Positions 9,034 through 17,218 of a stretch of DNA of 64,000 nt are shown piece after piece (positions within the stretch are counted from its first letter, which is position 1; each line of letters opens with the position of its first letter). The position numbers and the translations under genes are program-made. Origin of the DNA: a virus (Duplodnaviria > Caudoviricetes); IMG/VR virus record IMGVR_UViG_3300023194_000121, positions 770 to 64,769 of that record, one strand, 5' to 3'. A model generated the notes under the pieces. That model was not told the origin of the DNA, did not search any database, and worked only from the letters and a program-made list of their open reading frames with translations.

Positions 9034-10020
9034 TTATCCTTTCGCTTTCAGAAATCTGAGGACGCGATACGAGGTAGGCTCGACGACAAAGCCTTTGCGG
9101 CTCTGCGTCTTCCACGTGACGCGCTGTCGGTCGGCAAGATAGGCGATCGATGCGCTTCCGATCTTTGCCTTGAACTCGTTTTCGATTTCGGTGCGGCGCT
9201 TTTCGTCGGCCTTCATCCGCTCTTTCAGAACGGCGAGTTCCTCGGCCAGTCCCGGCAGCATGTTGTCGGTCGAGAGATCAACTTCGCTACCGTCGTCGGC
9301 GCCATACATGCGCGAGATCAGCTTGCCGTCTTTGACATAATCAAACTCCGGCGGGGTTTTGGTCTCGACTCGCTTCCAAAACGTCGCGACTTTCGCGCGG
9401 AGAATGTTCATCAGCTCGGCGTGAATCGGGATCTCAATGATTGGAAGATCGAGACCGAAGCCAACTACGAGCGGCGTAACAACGGCCCAGGAAGCGCCAG
9501 TCAGATGAGCCTCAATGATCGCCTGTATCACGATCCAGATAGGAGGTTCTGGAGCCGCGAATTCATCATCGCTTTTCCATTTGCGGCGAAAGATGCTCGG
9601 CTCTACCGTTTTTATCTGGACAATACCGAAGCCTTTGCGCTCAGGATCGATTGCAAATGCGTCTGGCGTCGCGCCAATGCGAGCTTCACTGTCACGGAAG
9701 TAATGCTGCCCACGTTCAACGCGCCAGGTCGGGCGCAACTCGGATAGAAGTTGCAAAGCAACCGGTTCCAGCAGACGGCCGCGCCGCATCGGCGCCGTTT
9801 CTTCGGCATCTTCCGTGATGAGACCGCTCTTAAGGGCCCAGAGACCATAAGCGGTCTGGTATTCATGGATACCAAGCAGAGCACCGGCGACAGATGCCGT
9901 AACATCGGACTGACGGAGCCCGAGCCACTGGCTGCGATCTTTGATCAGATGGCGCTCGATGCCGTGACGGCGGGTTGCCGTTGCGGAAAGCGCTTCGGCT
10001 GAAAGAAGTGTCTCGCTCAT
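9034..10020 (-). CDS. YqaJ/lambda-exonuclease-family 5'-3' exonuclease
   Basis: WLGLRQSDVTASVAGALLG...MRRGRLLE...IGATPD...QIKT; adjacent to recT. Confidence 0.9.
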   Translation of the reverse strand: MSETLLSAEALSATATRRHGIERHLIKDRSQWLGLRQSDVTASVAGALLGIHEYQTAYGLWALKSGLITEDAEETAPMRRGRLLEPVALQLLSELRPTWRVERGQHYFRDSEARIGATPDAFAIDPERKGFGIVQIKTVEPSIFRRKWKSDDEFAAPEPPIWIVIQAIIEAHLTGASWAVVTPLVVGFGLDLPIIEIPIHAELMNILRAKVATFWKRVETKTPPEFDYVKDGKLISRMYGADDGSEVDLSTDNMLPGLAEELAVLKERMKADEKRRTEIENEFKAKIGSASIAYLADRQRVTWKTQSRKGFVVEPTSYRVLRFLKAKG

Positions 10021-10166
10021 GGCATCCTCGCGAGTTGAACGGCGCTGGCCCGGTGTTGCGTACAAGCGGTGTCAGGTGGAAGGACTGCCATCACGAACAT
10101 CGCGCCACTAAATGCGGTGAGGCCGATGGCTGCGCAGGCCGTGAGAAAAATCGCTGCTAATTTCAT
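10017..10166 (-). CDS. Small hydrophobic hypothetical protein
   Basis: MKLAAIFLTACAAIGLTAFSGAMFVMAVLP; ATGA overlaps. Confidence 0.45.
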   Translation of the reverse strand: MKLAAIFLTACAAIGLTAFSGAMFVMAVLPPDTACTQHRASAVQLARMP

Positions 10167-10303
10167 CGTGCCCTCGCGATGTGAGTCTGATGAGGCTTCA
10201 CCGGGTCGGGCGTGGACCAAGCGACGATTGCGGTGACAAAGAGCATCGGTGCCGCAAGCGCGCAGAGATCGCCGATGATGATGCGGACGAACGCCATCGA
10301 CAT
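10163..10303 (-). CDS. Small hydrophobic hypothetical protein
   Basis: Manual translation MSMAFVRIIIGDLCALAAPMLFVTAIVAWSTPDP; overlaps neighbours. Confidence 0.4.
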   Translation of the reverse strand: MSMAFVRIIIGDLCALAAPMLFVTAIVAWSTPDPVKPHQTHIARAR

Positions 10304-10713
10304 CACTCCGCGGCAATCGCGTAAGCAGGGTTTCGAAGCAGTGTGGGTTTCATCACGGCGTCACACGCGTCCATGATGAGTTCGAGTTGAACTTCGAGCG
10401 TGTTCTGGTGGGTGGGTAGCGCAGCGATGGCTTCCTGAGCGAGCTCATCGATTGCGTTTTCGTCTGCCGCAAATTGCGCTTCGGTGGTCGCCGCGCGGCG
10501 CTGTTGGAAAAGTGCAAATTCGCGGCGCTCTTGAGCCGAGTCCCAAACATCGAAGATCGTTTCGCCGAGGCATTCGAGCCAGGTCATGGGCTCTTTCCAA
10601 GCCTGCGAGCGGAAGAAGCGATCGGCCGCCATGCGCGGAACCCGGAAACTGATCTCGGCGAGGTTGAACTCGGTGCCGTCGAGCGTGTCTGGCTGGGAAA
10701 TGCGGGGAAGCAT
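10303..10713 (-). CDS. Hypothetical protein, first gene downstream of PL
   Basis: 136-aa ORF with GAGG RBS. Confidence 0.6.
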   Translation of the reverse strand: MLPRISQPDTLDGTEFNLAEISFRVPRMAADRFFRSQAWKEPMTWLECLGETIFDVWDSAQERREFALFQQRRAATTEAQFAADENAIDELAQEAIAALPTHQNTLEVQLELIMDACDAVMKPTLLRNPAYAIAAE

Positions 10714-10746
10714 CGGCTTGTCCTCATTCGTTGATGAGGGGAAGTT

Positions 10747-10775
10747 ACATTACATGTCACGTAACTATCCGTCAA
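10747..10775 (-). promoter_or_regulatory. PL promoter: TTGACG-N17-TAATGT
   Basis: -35 at 10775-10770, -10 at 10752-10747, bracketed by operators. Confidence 0.8.
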
Positions 10776-10799
10776 GCACAAAATCACATGTCATGTTAC
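10749..10799. promoter_or_regulatory. OL operators: ATTACATGTCACGTAAC (10749-10765) and ATCACATGTCATGTTAC (10783-10799)
   Basis: 17-bp near-palindromes matching the three OR sites. Confidence 0.85.
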
Positions 10800-10830
10800 A
10801 ATCTTTGGACTCGACTCCTATTTCAAATGA

Positions 10831-10845
10831 GAACAGATTGAGAAC
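10831..10845 (+). promoter_or_regulatory. Alphaproteobacterial LexA (SOS) box GAAC-N7-GAAC
   Basis: GAACAGATTGAGAAC 20 nt upstream of ATG 10866; tandem GACTC-GACTC at 10808-10817. Confidence 0.8.
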
Positions 10846-10865
10846 ATAAGAGCGGAGTTGCGTTT

Positions 10866-11198
10866 ATGGATTTTTCAAACCCGATTGCATTTCGCAGCCT
10901 TCTTGAGCTGGAAAGACTTGATGCTCGATGCAGCGAATGCGGGAACTTGGCAAATATCAGCCGCGAGGAAGTTTTGAAAATTTACGAAGGAGGAATTCGC
11001 TCATTCGGTGCGCTCACCCCTCACGCATTCTGTCCGGTCTGCCGATCATACGGACATGTTGGATACCGCATGGTGCTGCGAGCGGTATGGGCGGACGGGT
11101 ATGCTGCCAATGACATAATTATCTGTCCGCCACGGCTTCATGAAAGATTGGAAAGAAAGCGCCGGCCTCCGCGCAGGATATTTTGCGAGGCCGTTTAA
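10866..11198 (+). CDS. Zn-ribbon (CxxC...CxxC) protein, LexA-boxed; candidate antirepressor
   Basis: C22xxC25 and C56xxC59; sits between OL and cI, convergent with cI. Confidence 0.7.
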   Translation: MDFSNPIAFRSLLELERLDARCSECGNLANISREEVLKIYEGGIRSFGALTPHAFCPVCRSYGHVGYRMVLRAVWADGYAANDIIICPPRLHERLERKRRPPRRIFCEAV

Positions 11199-11208
11199 TT
11201 GCCCGTTT

Positions 11209-11589
11209 CTATTTTTTTGCTGCTGATTTCTGAGCGCGCAATTTTGCGCTTTCCGAGGTCTTTGCAGCAGCCTCTTCCTGAGCTTTGAATGCTCCCACTA
11301 TTTCCTTGGCTTTAATTTGGTTCTCGGGCGATAGATCGAAAATAGACCAATCCTCGGCCTTAGTCGGATCTCGAAGCAGGAGGTCAGCTGGCCGGCACCT
11401 TAGGGCGCGGGCGATCGCTTCCAATGACTTCTGGGTATAAACCTGCTTTCCAGCTTCAATCCGCGAGATGCTCTGCTTAGTCGTGTTCGACAGTTCCGCG
11501 AGCTTTTCCTGTGTGATGCCACGAAACTCCCGCCATTCAGCGATGAAAGTTCTCTCGAGCGGTTCGTCAGATTGGATCTTGCCTGGCAT
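11209..11589 (-). CDS. cI: Prophage repressor, XRE HTH, no S24 autopeptidase domain
   Basis: IAEWREFRGITQEKLAELSNTTKQSISRIEAGK; divergent from cro; only 126 aa. Confidence 0.88.
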   Translation of the reverse strand: MPGKIQSDEPLERTFIAEWREFRGITQEKLAELSNTTKQSISRIEAGKQVYTQKSLEAIARALRCRPADLLLRDPTKAEDWSIFDLSPENQIKAKEIVGAFKAQEEAAAKTSESAKLRAQKSAAKK

Positions 11590-11624
11590 GGCCTGATGTT
11601 ACTTGGTATGTGACTAAATTTCAG
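11589..11624 (-). promoter_or_regulatory. PRM-like promoter giving leaderless cI mRNA: weak -35 CTGAAA, -10 TAACAT, ATG 6 nt downstream
   Basis: -10 at 11601-11596, -35 at 11624-11619 adjacent to the middle operator; no RBS before cI. Confidence 0.55.
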
Positions 11625-11674
11625 CCACATGTCATGTTACTTTTGTCTTGACGAGAGGTCACATGACACGTAAC
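11598..11674. promoter_or_regulatory. OR operators: GTTACTTGGTATGTGAC (11598-11614), GCCACATGTCATGTTAC (11624-11640), GTCACATGACACGTAAC (11658-11674)
   Basis: Three 17-bp near-palindromic repeats in the cI-cro intergenic region. Confidence 0.85.
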
Positions 11675-11676
11675 TT
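11648..11676 (+). promoter_or_regulatory. PR promoter: TTGACG-N17-TAACTT
   Basis: Same -35 hexamer and spacing as PL. Confidence 0.8.
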
Positions 11677-11684
11677 GTGTGCTC

Positions 11685-11915
11685 ATGACTCATCCTCTCA
11701 CGGCATATCGCACCGAGCACAACGTCTCGTTGCAAGATCTCGCTAAGGCGGCGGGCACAACGCGTCAAACAGTGTGGCGCATCGAAAAGGGCTGCCAAGA
11801 ACCGTCATTTGCAATTCTGAGGAAGCTCTCTGCCGCGACAAACGGAGCGGTATCGGTTGAAGCATTAGCTGCGGCGACGATTTCGTCTGTCTCAAACGCA
11901 TCGGAGGCTTCATGA
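11685..11915 (+). CDS. cro: Cro-like HTH regulator
   Basis: HPLTAYRTEHNVSLQDLAKAAGTTRQTVWRIEKG; divergent from cI. Confidence 0.85.
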   Translation: MTHPLTAYRTEHNVSLQDLAKAAGTTRQTVWRIEKGCQEPSFAILRKLSAATNGAVSVEALAAATISSVSNASEAS

Positions 11916-12115
11916 CTTCCGTCGTCATCCCTTTCGGCCGTAAGCCGACACAGCCGCCTTGTGAGTGCGCGGCAACGCAGAGCGATTTCGCCAGCATGTA
12001 TGCGGGCTTCTTCGCGGTCGCTGTGCGCACCGGCTTGATGCCGATTGAGGAACTGAAGGGCATCGCTGCTGGCGCGCAGTCTGTCATCGATCTGATGAAG
12101 TCGGAGGCGCCATGA
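11912..12115 (+). CDS. Hypothetical protein
   Basis: ATGA-coupled to cro. Confidence 0.55.
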   Translation: MTSVVIPFGRKPTQPPCECAATQSDFASMYAGFFAVAVRTGLMPIEELKGIAAGAQSVIDLMKSEAP

Positions 12116-12681
12116 TTTTAGACTTCCTCAATCATGGTGAGAACCTCGTCTTCGGCCCCGGCGATAACGCTGAGAACGGCAAGCCTCTCGGCGTCGGAAA
12201 AGCTCAGTTCGTTCATCCTGTGATCGATCACAAGCCAAACCTCTTGCAGTCTACGCAGCGCCAATGCCGGGGCGAAAGCTCCGACCGATACAGCGAAGAG
12301 TTCAAAGAGCCACACCATCATGTCGGCCCGATCGGTTCGCGTCATTCCGGCACCTGCAATCCGTTCGTCGTCAGTGATGACGATGTTGTCGGGTTCTTCT
12401 TCAGGAATGGCGGGCTTACAGGCTTCTGCCTCGCCATGTCTTTCCTTGTCTTCGTCGGCTTCAGCATAGGTTTGCTGTTGCCTCGATAGTTCACGCCTTT
12501 TCGGTTGGCGTGAATGGCGGCGCGGTCCTCGCCACCCTTAACCCAGGGGATCGCGCCGCCGCAGTTGGTTTTGATGACGCATCGGTTGCCGCCGAGAACG
12601 TCGTGGTTGTGTGTGTTGTGTAGGTCGTCGTTGCCAACTCCCCCTCCCATGTCGCGATCAATGACATGGAAAGTGTTCGGA

Positions 12682-13128
12682 ATGTCGATCAGAGAGTTGT
12701 GCCACTTTTGTTCTGAAGTGGAGAGTGAGGAAGTCGTGAGTGATCTAGTCGCTATCCAGGCAAGACGAATGGTTCTTGAAGCCGCGATGCCAATTCCAGC
12801 GGGCGAAACCGTCAAAGGTCAACTGAGACGGGCGGCTCGATCACTTGGTTATCGCGATGGCGACTGGCGCATCCGCACGGCTTGGTATGGACACGCCGGC
12901 GCTTGGTCAGCATCGGCATTCATTGATTTGAAGCGCGCCTATCTCCGGATGAAGGAGAAGCGGGCGAGAACAGAGCAGGGCGTGGATGAACAACACGGCA
13001 GCGAAGATATCGCCAAACGCATCGCCATCATCGAGCAGTGGGCTCTCTCGACAGATCCGGACTTTTTTAGGGACGCGCTTAAAGGCCTCCGCGCTGCGAC
13101 ACGTGAAGGCGACGACACGTCGGTTTGA
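12682..13128 (+). CDS. Putative CII-like transcriptional regulator
   Basis: AMPIPAGETVKGQLRRAARSLG...WRIRTAWYG, typical of genes downstream of cro in Rhizobiales prophages; start uncertain. Confidence 0.5.
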   Translation: MSIRELCHFCSEVESEEVVSDLVAIQARRMVLEAAMPIPAGETVKGQLRRAARSLGYRDGDWRIRTAWYGHAGAWSASAFIDLKRAYLRMKEKRARTEQGVDEQHGSEDIAKRIAIIEQWALSTDPDFFRDALKGLRAATREGDDTSV

Positions 13129-13172
13129 GTGGATGGCGAAAATTGCACCGTGGATGACGAAAGGACTTGTCG

Positions 13173-13469
13173 ATGAGTGAGGGTTATTCACGGCAGGATG
13201 AACAGCGTCATTCGGGTCCGACCGACATTGCCGACAGCGGTGTTGCATCTGAGGAGTTGAAACAATTCGTCGAGCGCGTCGAGCGTTTGCAGGAGGAGCG
13301 CAAGGCCATCAGCGATGACATCAAGGAAGTCTATGCCGAGATGAAGGGCAGGGGCTTCGATACGAAAGCGGTGCGCTACATCGTTCGTATCCGGCAGCAG
13401 GACCACGCTGAAAGGATGGAGATGGAGGCGATCCTCGATCTCTACATGACTGCTCTTGGAATGGTGTAA
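13173..13469 (+). CDS. gapR: GapR (DUF2312) nucleoid-associated protein homolog
   Basis: GVASEELKQFVERVERLQEERKAISDDIKEVYAEMKGRGFDTKAVRYIVRIR...EMEAILDLYMTALGM. Confidence 0.92.
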   Translation: MSEGYSRQDEQRHSGPTDIADSGVASEELKQFVERVERLQEERKAISDDIKEVYAEMKGRGFDTKAVRYIVRIRQQDHAERMEMEAILDLYMTALGMV

Positions 13470-13518
13470 TGGCATGCCGATTGCTATCGCACGCGCCCCT
13501 GCGCGAGGGGTGGGCTCA

Positions 13519-13980
13519 ATGACCTCTGATGCTACGCACGTGCGCACGCACGAGAACTCTATATCCTTCTTCGTCCCTGGCGATCCGGTGCCCTTCGCGA
13601 GAACTGGCGCCAATGGCGCTCAGCGTTTCACACCGAAGAAACAGCGCAACGGAATGGCCGTCGCTCGGCTCTGCGCCGAACGCGCCATGATCGAGGCTGG
13701 TCGGAAGCCGATAGAAGGTCCGGTGCAACTCACCGTGCGTGCAATCTTCGTGATCCCGGCGTCATGGCCAAAGAAGAAGCAGGCGGCGGCGCATTGGAAA
13801 TGCTCGAAGCCTGATCTCGATAATATCGTGAAGCTGATCAAAGACGCTGTGAAATCGGTCGTCTGGATCGACGACGCCCAGGTCTCGAAGCTTGATGCCG
13901 AGAAGATCTACACTCACGCGCTGCCTGTAGGGGTGAGCGTCACTGTCGAAGAACTGCAGACAGAAGGCCACATGCTATGA
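13519..13980 (+). CDS. rusA: RusA-family Holliday junction resolvase
   Basis: FFVPGDPVP..., KPDLDNIVKLIKDAV..VVWIDDAQV. Confidence 0.88.
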   Translation: MTSDATHVRTHENSISFFVPGDPVPFARTGANGAQRFTPKKQRNGMAVARLCAERAMIEAGRKPIEGPVQLTVRAIFVIPASWPKKKQAAAHWKCSKPDLDNIVKLIKDAVKSVVWIDDAQVSKLDAEKIYTHALPVGVSVTVEELQTEGHML

Positions 13981-14591
13981 GCGGCTGGGACGACACACGC
14001 GTCAATCTGCTTAAGAAGCTCTGGGCCGACGGTTTATCCGCTTCTCAGATCGCGTGCGAATTGGCGGGCGGCGTCACGCGCAATGCGGTCGTTGGCAAAT
14101 TGCATCGCCTCGGGCTCAGGATGGATGTCAAACCACGCAAGCCGGAGCCGAAACCTACCAAATCAAAGTTACCCTCGCTCGCTATTGCTCGCACGGCCCG
14201 GGACGACGGGGTGCGCATACAAGCCGCCAATTCCGGAGCGCAAAAAGAGCGTGTCGCAAGCCGCTCGGCGAGGGAGGACACTGCAGCGGGATTGGCGGAA
14301 GTCGTTACGGTGCCGGACGAGGCACAACATGAGCACGCGACGCTCGCCCCGTCCGGCCCGAACGTCGATATTCTTGGTCTGGCCTCGACGAACTGTCATT
14401 GGCCTCTGGGTGCCGTGCATGACCGGCCTCCATATCGGTTCTGCGGCGCGCCTACAGAGCCCGACAAGCCCTATTGCGAGCATCACGCCAAGATGGCGCG
14501 GTCTGGCGAGCAGGGCAGGCGCATGGCGCCGAAGTCTGATCCGGCAAAACGCGAACTGTTGCGGATCACGCTGGCGGAGGTCGCCGGATGA
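13977..14591 (+). CDS. gcrA: GcrA-family cell-cycle regulator homolog
   Basis: WDDTRVNLLKKLWADGLSASQIACELAGGVTRNAVVGKLHRLGL and C-terminal CHWPLG...FCG...PYCEHH. Confidence 0.92.
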   Translation: MSGWDDTRVNLLKKLWADGLSASQIACELAGGVTRNAVVGKLHRLGLRMDVKPRKPEPKPTKSKLPSLAIARTARDDGVRIQAANSGAQKERVASRSAREDTAAGLAEVVTVPDEAQHEHATLAPSGPNVDILGLASTNCHWPLGAVHDRPPYRFCGAPTEPDKPYCEHHAKMARSGEQGRRMAPKSDPAKRELLRITLAEVAG

Positions 14592-15160
14592 CGGTTGTCG
14601 CCTCCAATTTCGCTCGCAAGGCAAATGAGCTTTACGAGACAGAGCAATGGGCAACCGAGGCCTTGCTTCGCCATGTCGGTGTTGAAGGTAAGCGTGTCTG
14701 GGAGCCAGCAGCCGGGAACCACAAGATCGCCGACGTGCTTCGCGAGCGCGGCGCTGAGGTTATCACGTCTGACATTGTCGAATACGACCGTCATCATGAT
14801 GCTGGTTGCGATTTTCTCGCTCCGCGCTTCAAGCATTTGATCCCGCCGCATGATGACATCATCACGAACCCTCCGTACGGCAAGGGCAACCATGATGCGG
14901 TGAAATTCGCCCGGCTAGCGCTTGAGCGGTGTGACGGCTTTGTCGCGCTGCTTCTGACTGCGAAGTTCGATTTCGGCAAGACTCGCGCGGATCTGTTCCG
15001 CGACAACGCGCGCTTCTACGCGAAGATCGCGCTTGTTGACCGCATCCAATGGTTCCCCGGTGATACGTCAGGAACGGAAGACCACGCTTGGTATGTGTGG
15101 GGACCGCGCGCGCTCGCACCTTATTGTCCGAAGCTTGTTTGGGAGGGCCGCAAGCCATGA
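14588..15160 (+). CDS. Small amino-methyltransferase (N6-adenine DNA MTase-like)
   Basis: LYET..WATEALL, WEPAAG (SAM motif I), DFL, IITNPPY. Confidence 0.82.
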   Translation: MTVVASNFARKANELYETEQWATEALLRHVGVEGKRVWEPAAGNHKIADVLRERGAEVITSDIVEYDRHHDAGCDFLAPRFKHLIPPHDDIITNPPYGKGNHDAVKFARLALERCDGFVALLLTAKFDFGKTRADLFRDNARFYAKIALVDRIQWFPGDTSGTEDHAWYVWGPRALAPYCPKLVWEGRKP

Positions 15161-15573
15161 CCACACGCGAAATCCTTCCGAACCGCCGACAGCAGGAATC
15201 GTTCGACTTCGTTTATTCCGACCACTGCTTTACGGGAGCTGTTGGCCTGCATCCGGATGGCAGGATCGGCGAAGTCTTCCTCTCCTGCGAGAAGACAACA
15301 AGCCTAATGGAATCTCTCGGCCGCGACGGTGCCATCCTGATCTCGCTCGCGATCCAACACGGTTGCCCGATCGAGACGATGTGCGGTGCCATCACGCGCG
15401 GCGAGAATGATGCGCCGGCAACGGTGATTGGCGGACTTCTCGATCAACTGAGGGCCGTCGCGGAGGCGCGCAAGCCTGATGATCCGCCTGAAGAGCAGGG
15501 CGAGCCAGTTGATTCCGGCCCGGTACCGCAAGGCGGTTCGGGCGGTGAGAGTGCAGAGGTGGCAGCCGAATGA
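15157..15573 (+). CDS. Stand-alone TSCPD domain (class II ribonucleotide reductase C-terminal-like)
   Basis: LPNRR...DGRIGEVFL...RDGAILISLAIQHG. Confidence 0.7.
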   Translation: MTTREILPNRRQQESFDFVYSDHCFTGAVGLHPDGRIGEVFLSCEKTTSLMESLGRDGAILISLAIQHGCPIETMCGAITRGENDAPATVIGGLLDQLRAVAEARKPDDPPEEQGEPVDSGPVPQGGSGGESAEVAAE

Positions 15574-15773
15574 GCAAGCTCCCTCTCGATCGGCAGCGCC
15601 GCGACCTGAAAACAATCCGAAGCGTCATCGACGGCAGCGCGCCGACGCCGAAACGCGGCGAGCGCGACATCCTGCTCGACGGGATTGCTGCGATCGAAGA
15701 GACGCTCGCCTGGTGCGAGGAAAATCGCGAAACTGTCATCGCGTGGCAGCGGGAAAAGAGGGGCGCGAATTGA
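15570..15773 (+). CDS. Hypothetical protein
   Basis: Coupled ORF; IAAIEETLAWCEENRE. Confidence 0.55.
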   Translation: MSKLPLDRQRRDLKTIRSVIDGSAPTPKRGERDILLDGIAAIEETLAWCEENRETVIAWQREKRGAN

Positions 15774-17218
15774 GCGCGCTTCCCGTCCGTCGGCAGACCA
15801 TCGCCGAAATGACGCGTGGCCGCTCTGATGCGCTTGCTCTTTTTGGCCGGGCGCACCAGGCGCTCAAGGAGGCCTACGCGCTTCTGTCAGAGGCATGGCA
15901 CACGGTGCCCGGCGCGGGCCGGCAAGATACGTCATACAATCGCGGCGATAAGGAAAAGGCCGCGGCGCTTCTGCCTGTCGTGACAGTTCCGACGGAAGAC
16001 GACTTCCTTGCCTCCGCACGTTATCTGGTCGATCGCCAGTGCTGGGCGCATATCGTAAGCATGACAGATCTCGAACGTCTGATGGATAAAAAAGCGAAGG
16101 ATGAGTTTCGCCAGCAGCTCATGACCGACGCGCCAGAATTTACGACCGGCAACGTCACGGCGACGCTCGAACGGTTCATGCTCGATGCGGATACGATCTT
16201 CAAGCGTGGTCTTGCTGAAGCCTTCTCAAACCTCGACCGCCGCTTCCGGAGCCATGACGGATGGAAGATTGGCTCGCGCATCATCCTGAATCGCGCTTTT
16301 GACGAGCATGGTTCATGGAGTTTCTACAGCAACAAGCGCGACACGTTGCAGGACATCGAGCGCGTTTTCTTTTTGCTCGATAAAGATGAGAAAGGCGAAT
16401 CTAAGCCAGTCCCGCCGCAATATGCTGGCATCGTTGGCGCGATTGACGAGAGTCGCAACGGGCGCGGCTGGTGCGCAAAGCAGAGCGAGTCTGAAAGCGA
16501 TTACTTCATCGCGCGCGCCTTCTTGAACGGCAATTTGCATATCTGGTTCAAGCGTGACGACCTTCTCGAAAAGGTGAACCGCTTGCTCGGAGAATACTAC
16601 GGCGCTCCAATTCCGGAAGAGCGCGCGGCCGATGAGGACACTGGCCTGAATGATCCAAAGACGACGCTGGCGAAGAACTACGGGTTTTTCGCGTCTCCGG
16701 ACGAGGTTGCTGATCGGGTTATTGGGTACGCCAATCTCAGACAGACCGGTTCTAACGCTGAGCCCCTTCTTGTCCTCGAACCAAGTGCAGGAACAGGAAA
16801 CCTTGCACGCCGATGTGTCGAGCAAGGTTCAGTTGTTCGGTGCTGCGAAATTCATCCAGAACGCGCAGCTCAATTGCGGGCTCAGGAAATTTACGTCCTC
16901 ACGGCTGATTTCTTAACGGTCGGCCCATCTCGAACTTACGACCGTGTTGTAATGAATCCGCCGTTTGACCGCGAGCGCGACATCGACCATGTCATGCACG
17001 CGTTCAAGTTCCTAAAGCCAGGCGGCAGGCTTGTTTCTGTCATGTCGGCCGGAACGGAGTTTCGCGAGACGAAGAAATCAGCGGCGTTTCGCAAGTTCGT
17101 CGAGGAAAGAAACGGAACCTTTGTCGACCTACCGCCGCGGTCTTTCGCCAGCGTCGGTACCAACTGCAACACGGTCATTCTCATCATCAATGAGGATGGT
17201 AGGAGGTCGAGTTGGTGA
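15770..17218 (+). CDS. DUF4942-domain SAM-dependent DNA methyltransferase
   Basis: FLNGNLHIWFKRDDLLEKVNRLL (DUF4942), VLEPSAGTGNL, VVMNPPF; TTG start with TTGA overlap. Confidence 0.85.
   Translation: MSALPVRRQTIAEMTRGRSDALALFGRAHQALKEAYALLSEAWHTVPGAGRQDTSYNRGDKEKAAALLPVVTVPTEDDFLASARYLVDRQCWAHIVSMTDLERLMDKKAKDEFRQQLMTDAPEFTTGNVTATLERFMLDADTIFKRGLAEAFSNLDRRFRSHDGWKIGSRIILNRAFDEHGSWSFYSNKRDTLQDIERVFFLLDKDEKGESKPVPPQYAGIVGAIDESRNGRGWCAKQSESESDYFIARAFLNGNLHIWFKRDDLLEKVNRLLGEYYGAPIPEERAADEDTGLNDPKTTLAKNYGFFASPDEVADRVIGYANLRQTGSNAEPLLVLEPSAGTGNLARRCVEQGSVVRCCEIHPERAAQLRAQEIYVLTADFLTVGPSRTYDRVVMNPPFDRERDIDHVMHAFKFLKPGGRLVSVMSAGTEFRETKKSAAFRKFVEERNGTFVDLPPRSFASVGTNCNTVILIINEDGRRSSW

Noticed and set aside
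8935-9747. Long opposite-strand ORFs (also 17509-18582, 24727-25593, 28032-28850, 43878-45038, 45617-46681)
   Set aside because: Antisense shadows of well-supported genes in GC-rich DNA; no motifs or RBS
12112-12815. Overlapping ORFs on both strands between cro and the CII-like gene
   Set aside because: Could not decide which frame, if any, is real; no recognisable motif
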